The notes below the pieces were generated by a model. It searched no databases and was not told the DNA's origin. It saw only the letters and a list, made by a program, of their open reading frames with translations. A stretch of 64,000 nt of DNA, from NCBI GenBank assembly GCA_043228905.1, contig JBHGNT010000010.1:20708001-20772000 (forward strand). Direction: 5' to 3'. The stretch comes from Azolla caroliniana (Eukaryota > Plantae > Polypodiophyta). Shown here piece by piece: positions 40,473-51,326 of this stretch; within the stretch, counting starts at the first letter, position 1, and each line of letters starts with the position of its first letter. Position numbers and translations under genes: made by a program.

Positions 40473-40667
40473 CTCTCTCTCTCTCTCACCGCCTCACTGT
40501 CTGTCTGTCTGTGTGTTTCAAAAGCAAAGAGATCGACTTACTTTTGGCGGCATTGCAGCCGGTGAGTTGGTTGGAGTAGTGGAAGGATCTGCCGCTGCTC
40601 CCGAAGATGAATCGGCAGGAGCAGCAACGGCGGCAGAAGAACCTTCTTCAGCTTTCGAAGCTGCCAT
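38731..40667 (-). CDS. Dynein light chain Roadblock/LC7 family protein with Ala/Ser/Pro-rich N-terminal and acidic C-terminal extensions
   Basis: Exons 39703-39662 (NEIEKTLQRINGLK), 39469-39407 (NVVGTIIVDSSGVVLHSTIPD) and 38967-38731 (ENLTTKYTTLVSGLTTMARSSLRELDNQNDLHMLRIRSATHEIIIVNETEFALIVVQ...) match the LC7 pattern EETLKRI..KGV.GT.VVN..G....T....T..YA.L...L...A.S.VRD.DPQNDL.FLRIRSKKHEI. Putative first exon 40667-40542 (MAASKAEE...MPPK); its junction is less certain. Confidence 0.85.
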
Positions 40668-40933
40668 GGCTTCCTTCGTCGTCGTCGTCGTCGTCGTAGT
40701 CTCGCTGATCGGCTCTTCCTTCTCTGTGTCTCTGTTGCTGTGGTGCGGGACGAGGGTCAGAGCGGTTAGGCCGGATTTGTTGCTCTGTCTGTGTCTGTGT
40801 CTGTGTATTGTGTTTAGGCGAAGAAAGAAAGAAGAAGAAAACGCTGGCCAAAATATTGAAAGGTACCCCCCAGTTTTCATTAATTCCAATGGAATGCCCC
40901 TGTGTTTTTAGCAACATAGAGCCTATGTACAAA

Positions 40934-40972
<39 letters not shown>

Positions 40973-42069
40973 TTTCATAAGGCCATTTTATTGTGTTCTG
41001 ATGATCATTGTTGACCGACACTCGTTGGACGACCAACCAGTGACGATGTTGTTTGCAGCAAAAACCAAGCTTCTTTCTCACTGCTGATTATTTATTCTAG
41101 ACACCAAGAGAAACTAACGTAGATAATTGTAAAAGGTGATATGTGTTATTGTTTCTTTCATTTATATTGACATGGTCCTTTTTAATTTGCCATTCATCTA
41201 TATGCCTCTTAATGAGCATGCACATGTATGGAGGCAATGTTCATGCACACAATGCTTCTTCGGGTAAGGCTTTTTAGGGCATGGTTGTAAAAAGAAGAAG
41301 AAGAAGTCATTTCTGTAAAAAAATTAAATAAACCTAGACATGTGTGTATCATGTTCCATGCCGTGCGTAGTTAGTGAGATTTGAACCCTAGGTTAGAGGT
41401 ATATTATGCCCCAAATACCAAACCGAGATGAGAAGCCTTTGAAAAAGGAAAACAATGTCGAAAGAGGGTATATATATGTATGCTACTACTACATTGCCCG
41501 ACATTGTTTGGAATGCATGGCTCAAGGTTGAGATGTAGTGGGAATACACGTACACTCAAACATATAGTCCTAGGGGATCGCCCAATTCCGGAACGTTTCT
41601 GTGGGAACCACTCAGACTACTCTCTTTTCGCCCATTTTGTGTGTGTAGCTAGAGTAGAGTTATAAGACCTCAAGGCTCAGAAGCGGAACCATAAAAACAT
41701 GACGATGGAAATCAATTGGCCTCATAAATAAATAAACAAACAAATATAAAATAAATAAATAAATCAGATAATGTCGTGGCCAAAAGTGTAATAATTAGCC
41801 CGGGAAAACGCACGCCCGCTCTTTTTGCGTTTTGCGTTTGTCTGCCTTTTCTTCTGGACTCGACGAAAAAAACAGAGAGCGAAAGCGAGAGGGGGGGGGG
41901 GGGGCAGTTCCGTAAATTCGCAGAAAGAGCTTCGGTGGGAACAGAACCCTAGGTCATCATCGTCATCACCACCACCACCATCTCTCTTGACAAGCTTCGC
42001 CATCGCCAGATCTCTGCAAACCCTAATTCCTCTCTCCGCACGTTGCAGGGAAACACAGGTCTACTCGCG

Positions 42070-45000
42070 ATGCTTTCAGGTGGCGGACGACGATCTCGCA
42101 ACCCTGTTCGCGTCCTCATCGCTTGGTTCAAGAGGCAGCCTCCGAAGGTCAAGTCTTTCCTCGCCGTTTTCGCTGCTATTTTTAGCCTTGTCTTCATCAG
42201 ATTTGTCGTCAGAGATCATGACAACCTATTCGTTGCTGCTGAAGCTATCCATTCCCTCGGTATCGTTGTTCTCATCTACAAGCTCATGAAGGAGAAGACT
42301 TGTGCAGGCATGTGGTTTTCTTTCATACATATTTCATAAATTTTCATACGTAACAAGCTTTTTCTTCATTGCTGAGCATGCCATATCAGATATTTTTACG
42401 CCTCATCCCTGATGCTTCTACAGAATTAGGGCTTACTATTACGATCCTCCATGGAAACACAGAATTATGTAGGGAAAATGATATCTCTTTTGGTTGAAAT
42501 ATATAATTAGGCTTTTACATCATGTCTCCCCGTGGAATACATGGGATTTAAGCATCAATCCTGATAGGAAGTAAACAATATTCAGCTCGGAATACAGGAG
42601 CAGGGGTTTATATCATGTCTGATGATGGAATATGAAGCCTTGATCTGGTGCAAAAGGAACAGTATCTATTTGCAAAACGATCCATTTTTCAATCGAAAAT
42701 GCATAAGTCATGATTCATATTTTGTCGAGCTATGAAGTATGATGATATTTAAGCCTCGCCGTGATGTAAAACAATCTATTTCCGAGTTGAGACACAGAAT
42801 TAGGTTTCCACATGATGTATCCACATGGAATATCTGGCTTTTCTCGCATAGAAATTTGCAAAATTTTCTACTTGAATTACCTTATTTCGATATTATTCTA
42901 TTTTGGCTATGGAGTATGTGGTTTTTCACTCTGAACTTACAGATTTAGGGTTTCATACTGTGTGTAGCTATCTGGTTTTCGAGGATCACTCGTTTTACAA
43001 ATATATCTATTTCTATTGGAGCTACAGAATTGAATTTTCATGTTATGTATCCAAATTCTTCCTAGAATTTTGGAAATGTTTTAGTTTAGATGTTATCCTG
43101 ATTGTAGAATTTTTTGGTTTTTCCACTTTGATAGACAGTTTTAGTGTTTCATAATATGTTCTTGAATATCTGGAATTTAAGCCTCAATTTTGATACAGAC
43201 GGACACGTTATCCAATTGTAATGTTTTCATATCATATCTTCTACAGAATAGCTTGTATTCTAAGCCTCGATTGTGGGTCCTGACAAAGGATCAGAATTCT
43301 GGCTGAAATATAATTTCTGACATGGAAAATTTAGTATTAAGCCTCAATTCAAATGCAAAAGCTTGGCATATGGAATATGCTGATGCAAAAGGATCCACAC
43401 ACTTAGCATTTCCTATTACATCTTGTTGATAAGAGTGTTTCCAAAAGTGCAAAACTGCTAAATATCAGTGTTAAGTTTTCATATCATGTTTGTGATGCAT
43501 TAATAGTTATTTAAGCACTTCTTTGGGATTTCAGAATCCTCAATTAACCCTGACGCAAAAAGATCTATGACAATCCCTCTTTGGAAAACTTTGGAAACAT
43601 CAAGTTATTCAGCGTACGTGGTCTCACATCAGTTATGCATCCACAGTAACTGTATTCATATCTATAATGTCTAATTCCATCATAGAAAATCATAATTGAA
43701 ATACAGTGTTAGGGTCTCATATATCTCATATAAGTCCTGAATGGCGCATCTACTATTTATGGATTCTGAACTCTTGATTCTCACTTAAAAGAAGCATTTG
43801 CAAATCAGTAAAAAGCATCAAGTTTTTCAGCAAATTGGATCTTGATTCAGCCATGTAAAAACGACGAAGTGCAAAAGTATGAATTGAAATACTGTATTAG
43901 TGTGTCAAATAAGTCTGCTATATGACATCTATTTTCCAAATTGTCTATCTGATGCAATTTTTTTTAAAATCAATTTCTTTCAAAACTTATCAAAACATCA
44001 AGATATTCATCCAATATATCTTGCATCATTCACACAGCCATAATAACGTTGAAATTCCATATCTTTAATGACTTTCTGGAGGTGTAAAGTTCAGTTGAAA
44101 TATAAATTGCATCATAAACACATTCAGAATAAATTTTAAATGCTAGGCCATGTCCAGTGGCACTGCTGATACCTGTGCGTGATCTCAGTATTTTTATTAT
44201 ATGATGTGGTGCTTTTTTAGGATCAAAATGGTGGCTTCTATTTTTGCAGGCTTGTCGTTGAAGTCCCAGGAATTGACTGCACTTTTCTTAGCAGTTCGGC
44301 TTTATTGCAGTTTTGTAATGGAATATGATATTCACACCCTATTAGACACAGCAACACTAGTGACAACATGCTGGGTCATTTATATGATACGCTTCAAGCT
44401 GAAGACAACTTATTTGTCTGACTTGGACAATTTCAACATCCTTTTTGTGGTATGTTAAATTCCATTAGCTAGAATGAATATCCTAGTGTATCATGATGGC
44501 ATTGTTTCATGATGGATCTGTTCTGGTGAAGATCGGCCCCTGCGTTCTGGCTGCTGTCCTCATTCATCCTACCACAAGCCATCATATCGTGAATAGGCTT
44601 CTTTGGGCGTTCTGTGTCTATCTGGAAGCTGTATCAGTTTTACCTCAGCTTCGAGTAATGCAGAACACTAGGGTACATTCTACCATGCCACCTTTAATCT
44701 TGTTGTCATATCAGGAAGATATCTATACACAATTCAACTTTATTTAGTGATTCTTGGCAGGTTGTTGAACCATTCACGTCACATTATGTGTTTGCATTAG
44801 GAGTTGCAAGATTCTTAAGTTGTGCACACTGGATTCTTCAGGTAATCTCAGCATATTTGCCATTTCTATGCAGTTATTCTGTTCTATAGATAGGAAAGGA
44901 TTTTTCCTTCCACAATTTACATGTCAGTAATCTGATCCTGAGTTGCAGTCTGTGGCTGGGAATCACAATAAAGCTCCACAATGGTTTTACGTGGTTCCTA

Positions 45001-46269
45001 GTGAGATTAGAAGCAATAATTATTGCCCATAGTAATGCATGCACAAATCTTATAAGCCTCAATAGCTTTGGCTGACCAAAGTACATGTCATTGCTACTAA
45101 TTTTCTCTGGGAAAAAGAGGTCCTCAAAAGGATTATGAGAATCTTAGACTGTAATTTCGCAGCCTGATCTCCAAGTTGCAATGTGGAACTACACACATGG
45201 AGACAGTGTTCAGTGGAGGACATGTGTTAAACATGCTTTAGAATGGAAAGATAAGTTCTATAATTTAGCAGCAGCCTCATGCTTAATTTCTTGGGAATGA
45301 TAATCACAGGTCAGGAATGGAACCACCAAGCCCAGTCACTTACAATCATATGGTAGTGAAAAACAATAGCTCTCATTTATAATCACAAACTGATACAACA
45401 ACAAATCCGCACATGTATGCACACAAAACATTGATATCTCTACAATGGAACCACCAAGATCAATAACATGTGTAGTGGAATAAATAGCTCCTACTCTGAA
45501 ACTCAAAACCAATACAACAATGCACAAACACATGGACGAACATAAAACTTTGATCACCATAGGTGTTCACGTTTCCACAGTTTGTTATTTATTGAAAATA
45601 TAAATTACAGTGGATGATAAAAAACAAGCCAACCATTACATACATTAAGTTGATACCTGAAGGGCATAGTCCTCATGATTAATAGAATAAGAGCCATTTC
45701 TTGCATTGCGTCCTTTCTTGCTCTCGTTACTTATAATGGAGTTTCATCTGTAATCCTTTCCATTCAGCCTTGCGGCATGGATGATGTTTGCTTCTCAGTG
45801 ACTCGCATTGAGACATCTAATCTAGCTGTTTGTGTCTTCTCATCATCAGGAGTATCTTTTTGTACAATTTCTGAATTTCGTGCCGAGATTTGTTAAGTGA
45901 GACCGCTACATTCAGTTTCTAGGTTCTTGATTTTGGGCAAGAGAAGGCTGTTCACCATCTTGAGAGAAAGGAAGAGTGAGAGAGGTTCTGTTTTTGCAGG
46001 TATTGGATAGCCGAGGTTATTTATTAACGGCCTTGGGGCATGGCCTTTGGCCGTCAATGGTACTTTTGTCTGAGGTGGTACAGACATTTATTCTAGCAGA
46101 TTTCTGCTATTACTATGTGAAGAGGTTCTTGTTCCCCTCTCATCGATTGTTTCGAAGAATTTGAATTTCTGTGCATAAGTAAGTTTTGCTCATCTTATTT
46201 TCATTTTTTCTTCTTTTCAGTGTGGTTGAAGGACAGTCAGTTATGAGATTGCCATCAGGTGTGGTCTAA
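42070..46269 (+). CDS. ER lumen protein-retaining receptor family (ERD2-related, long form with extra N-terminal TM segment)
   Basis: Exons 42070-42307 (GC donor), 44250-44449, 44532-44672, 44761-44841, 46000-46124 and 46221-46269. Motifs DHDNLFVAAEAIH, KEKTCAGLSLKSQELTALFLAVRLYCSFVMEYDIHTLLD, WAFCVYLEAVSVLPQL, FTSHYVFALGVARFLSCAHW, SEVVQTFILADFCYYY, C-terminal LPSGVV. Confidence 0.95.
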
Positions 46270-48221
46270 GCCTACAAAATTACCTTGGATGATTATGTGA
46301 GGTGATGAGTAAGAGAATTAATAGGTTTCACTCTTGTATACGTGTAACTTACTGCATCATTATTATCCTGCAATCTAATGTTTTCGGCTGGATTTCTCTA
46401 AGCTATGAATTCCAGCTTTTAATGAAGGACAGTCTTTTTCTATAACCTTTGTCCAAAATTCGTAACTAGTAAGCATAATATCTTTATTGTCTTTCATTGG
46501 ACAGTATGTGGTGCTAGCATTGAGGTTATCATATATGCAAATTTGTATTGTTGTATGAGATGGTTTTAGGTGAATGGTGTGCTACTTGATATATTATGGA
46601 TATTTGGCGAGATGTTAGTGCCGAGAGAGGAGTTACAATTACAAAACTTGAAAGGCGGGTATATATTTTGAAATTATGCAATTTTGTCAAAGTTAATGTT
46701 AAACACATTTAACATGGAATATTTCGTAAGTAATTGTGTTTCTTTCTGTTGCACTATACTTGTGAGGAAAATCTTCAGCAGCAGTTATCCAATTTGTAAT
46801 TGTTTCGTATACTCTGGCATATACCCAAAAATGACTTACACATCTTAGTTGTTTGTAGTTTTTACTTTGATTTGCGAATCATAAACAATTCATATTTACA
46901 GGTCTTTTCTTGTGAACTATAAAGCTTGAAACATTTGGAATGATCGAATTATGCTACAAGTATGATGTAGAAGATGAATGAAAACTTTCCTTGGAATGCA
47001 GGTTCATAGTCTTTGAGGAAATAATTGCATCATTTTGTTGTGAGCTCTGAATCTATCTTTAAGCATTTAGAGCAATCAAATTATGCTATAGAAGCACAAT
47101 GTAGAGGAATGGAAATTGTTTCTCAATGAAAAATAAAAGATGCTTTTTAATGTATACATATTTGTGCTTGGAGAGTGGTAGAACACATTCCATGTCAACA
47201 TAGATGCTCCACATCGAATGTCATTCATAGCGCTTAACCTTGAATGCCCCAAGAAATATGCGCTAAAAATTTCATAGCATGGACCTACGTTTTTGTATAA
47301 AAGCTACCTATTAATGGTAACAGGCACATTACTACTTATATTAATTAACCAGTATTGTAGCATCATGTTTTTTTAATGCAAATATCAAAATCTATACGAA
47401 TGTGAAACCTCCTTCCCACAAATAATTTGACTTCTTTTACTACTTCAATGGTGTTATATTTGATTGTTCCTATGACAAATAGTAAGGTTGGTTTACCTTG
47501 GATTTGTGGTGAATAAATGTACAAAATATTTTTGGGAGAAAACTACAATTTTGCACAAATAAGGATTGCAAATTTGGAAGAGCGTTGGAGAAAACTTCAT
47601 CGCTCACAAAATCTAAACATCAAAGTGCTTGGTTGGAAGAACCTATGGATATATGTTAGGACTTGCTTGGATTTGAGCCGACTTGTCACACAGTCCTAAC
47701 CTCTCTTCTTTAAAGCATTTTGTCATTTCTCAATAATCTAGAAAAGAAGGTGCATGCCCCATGTTCAATTAGATCATGTCATTCTATATATTTTTGAGGC
47801 ATTGCATCAAAATGTGTACGAAGCTTCATCTCGTGAGGGTCATATGGGTTGATGATGGCTAGACCTATATGTTAGACTAGAACATGTCACCAATTTTCTT
47901 CCACCCAATGAGACAAGTCATGTCATCTTTATACGTCTTCTCAGATGGATTGAAGCCTCAAAGTGATGCTAATGCTTTCTACAGTGGCTAGGTGGGTTTA
48001 GAAATCGTAAAACTTGTAAGTTTCACCCCCATTCCTTGATGAGCTCAAGGTGTTGGGACAACAATAACTCATACTTGGATACATGATGGTTACCACGCAA
48101 CTCAAACCTCAACAAGTGATTGAACCATGAATTGGTCGATTGAGAGACCATCGAAAGAAAGGTCGACTACCAGAAGTGGTTCGACAACCTCATTCTATGG
48201 AGTTTCAATCATGGTCGATGG

Positions 48222-48380
48222 TGGCTACCAAGTTATGTTATTTGATTTGATTAATCGATGGCCTGACTCTATGGAGTGTCTCGACCATGGTGGGGGGTGG
48301 TTACCAAATTATGTTAATTGATCTGATCAATCATGGTTGGTGATCATTACCAAGTTATGTTAATTGATTGGATTAATCTA
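48222..48380. repeat. Degenerate ~45-75-bp repeat (3 copies) upstream of the COX7-like gene
   Basis: TACCAA(G/A)TTATGTTA(A/T)TTGAT..GAT(T/C)AATC at ~48225, ~48302 and ~48348. Confidence 0.7.
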
Positions 48381-49272
48381 GGAACCACTAGAAGGAAGAT
48401 TCATGCCCCTTACTTCCTTTCTTTATACATAATACATATATATGTTCATGCCCCTCCATACATACTGTATTTGCCCTAATCTAAGATCGTACAGAGCCCT
48501 TCTTTTGACCTAACGTTCGCAGGATTGCCTGCTCGGTTTGCTTCTCCTCGGATCTCGTCCTCAAGATCTCTTCTTATTCGCTGGTATGGCTTCTTCTTTC
48601 TCTGCGCTATCGTGATCATCGTGTTCTTCTCTATCTTGCTGCAGGAATTTAACCAGGAATTTAACCAGGGCTATTTGATTCCTTGAACGATCTTCTTCCG
48701 TATGTAGTGCAGTTTTCTTTCTTTTCGATGTGGCGTTAAGTGCAGCATTTTATCTGTCGCTATCTCGTTTTTCTATTTTTCTTATGCACATAACGATCGT
48801 CTTCTCGTGAAGTTTTGTCTGCTTGTTTGACCGCGCACATTTTCTCTCTACTGGTGTGGCCAGATGATTACGGCAGGAATATGAAAAAGAAAGAAAGATC
48901 GACCTTTAGCTTTCCGCATGTTCGTCTGCTGTTGAAAACTGTCTTTGTTTTCTTCATCATTGTTTTCTGTTTCTTATTTCTGTGCTTCACCATCATTCAT
49001 ATCTGCATCGTCTTCTTCGTCGTCATCCTTATTGTTATTGGTATTTAGACCCATTTTTTTCTTCTAATGCGTCACGTACATCATCTTTTACATCATCGTC
49101 ACTATTGTCATCGATTTATTCTTCATCATGGATATATTCGTTGGTTTTCTTTTGCGTTTTACTGCTAATATTTCATTTGTATTATCCTCTGGAGGGATAA
49201 AGCATCATGCCCAATAAAGCTTCTGCTATTTGATTCTGATGAATATGATTGCTATGTATATTCAGACTAGAA

Positions 49273-51326
49273 ATGGCCGAACAAACCACGCCAGAATTTT
49301 TTCAAAGGATCCCAAAGAATGTGTGGGAGAAGCAACAATACTATCAGAGTGCTGCAAAGTTTACACACATGAAAGGGCCCCATGACAAGTATGTTAGCTT
49401 CATCATTCCATCTGTTCTTGTTGCAACCGCTGGTGTTCTCATGGTAAGGACTGATTTTTTTAACTGTTTTATGTAAATATTCCATGAATTTATGATAACT
49501 TTCTACCTATAATTTTTTGTTTGATTAGGCACTTTAGATATTGTGGTAGTAGTTTGCAAATCCTATGCGAGAATGCATATTTTGTATGTAGCACCAAATG
49601 ACCAAAAATATTTTGCCTGAAACATTTAATGGATCAGATATTTTGTAGATACGAAGCTTGTAGTTTTAATGGAAAGAATTGGTGTAAGCACTTATATGTA
49701 ATCCGGAAGTGATCGGATAATATATAACCTGATGCAACCATGTTTCTATGGATCAATCAAACTTGATGATGTCTTCATTGATCAGACATGGTAGACACAC
49801 AACTTTTACAGAAAACATTGATCTATGTTCTCTGTGTTGGTCCTTTTGGGATAATATTATATGATAAAAATTTATGGATCAAAGCTTCACTGATTGCAGT
49901 ATTATAGGAAAACATCTCCATAGTTAGGAATTGGCAATGGTTCGGTTTAGGCTTAACCGGTTTGGCCTTATCCAAGCCAAACCGGTTAAGCCTAAACCGT
50001 TTCGGGGTTCTCAAACCTGAACCAAACCAAACCAAACCAAACCGATCCCTTAACCGGTTTAGAAACCTGTTTGGGACAAAAAAGCTGAAGATACCCAAAA
50101 AAACACCACTACCACTTCCTCCTACTCTTCTTCTCCTCATAACTCCCACCCCCTTGGCCTTACCACGGATGAGTCAAACTCAACTCCAAGTCCCACCTCC
50201 ACGACTCCCTCTTTGTAGACTACTATGGTTGGTTGGCTGACGTCCATGAATCCCCTGCTTCCCACCACCCGAACCACGAGGCCTGAGGCTATGGCGACCT
50301 ATCACTCTCTGTGATCCAATCCTTCTCCAAAGAATGTATATAACACTGAACAGCACGGAGGTCCCCTGATCGTCCACTATGCAAGCTCTCTCTCCCTTTC
50401 TGTCCCTCCCTCTCTTGTCACTCAACAGTATGTTGCCTCTGGCTTCCTGTCACTCTCTGTCAACTTTCAAGTTCTAACTTATAGTCTGATTTCTAATTTT
50501 CTAAACCCTAATTCTTAAATCACATAAACGGCTTAAACGGTTTAGCCGGTTTGGCAAGGCTCAAGCCAAGCCGAGCTCAAATCGTTTAGGTAGGCTCAAA
50601 CCTAAACCGAGCTGAGCCGCTAAGCCGTTTAAAACCATTTGAGCTAAACGGTTTAGGCTTGAGCCGAGCCTTTGCCGATCCTTATCCATAGTTATATCTC
50701 CATCAAATTTTACAGATGTAGAACTTGCCCTTTTTCAAAGAAATACGGATGCTGTTAGACGTGCAAATTTTGCATCATTAAACCAATATATTGATGCCCT
50801 CACATTAGTCTAAGCCTTAATCATGGGGATAAATATGATTAGAGACACCTACTATGGGTAAAAATTCAGCTATACTAAACAGTAAACTAATATGTTTTAT
50901 GAAGTCACTACTGTTTCATTTTTTAATCCACAGGACAGTTAGGGTCAGTTTCCTGTAATCGCTCTAGTTTCGATTGAAATGTTGGGGTATTTCTTGAAGA
51001 TGTTCCATAACCTGATACTAGTCAGCCAATGCTGCTCCCTTATAGTCTGTATATATCTTTAGAGGATGTTAAATTAAAATTTGTTACTAAATGTGAAATA
51101 TTAATAGGCAAAACATTTGATGTATGGATATTCTTCTAATCAATTGGTGGTGAACATGAGTTCTTTATTAAGCGTGTTGAGGAAAAAGTGTGTTTCTGTG
51201 TGGTACCATGATATTAGGTTTATTTTTTCTAGAAAGTTCTCATTCAAGTGATTGACATCTACACTTTTACTTCTGTAGGTACGTGGATTATGGAATTTGT
51301 CACATGGAACAGGCAAAAGGGAATAA
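49273..51326 (+). CDS. Cytochrome c oxidase subunit VIIa-type (plant COX7-like) small mitochondrial protein, 72 aa
   Basis: Exons 49273-49443 and 51279-51326 give MAEQTTPEFFQRIPKNVWEKQQYYQSAAKFTHMKGPHDKYVSFIIPSVLVATAGVLM|VRGLWNLSHGTGKRE*. This matches the plant pattern EKQ.YFQ....TYLKGP.DK....IP..L......GIYNMS.G.GKKE. Likely 5'UTR exon ends at 48583 (G|GTATGG). Confidence 0.88.
49925..50684. mobile_element. Non-autonomous hAT DNA transposon (760 bp) in the COX7-like intron
   Basis: 8-bp TSD TCCATAGT at 49917-49924 and 50685-50692. Imperfect TIRs TAGGAATTGGCAATGG and CCTTTGCCGATCCTTA. Dense subterminal AACCG/CGGTT/AGCCG motifs at both ends. Confidence 0.9.

Noticed and set aside
41370-41400. 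Pol III B-box-like GATTTGAACCC (also near 30808 and 60517) suggesting tRNA or SINE
   Set aside because: No cloverleaf, A-box spacing or TSD could be established.
49823-50425. ORFs rich in NRF/KPN repeats
   Set aside because: They derive from the hAT subterminal AACCG repeats, not from a transposase.
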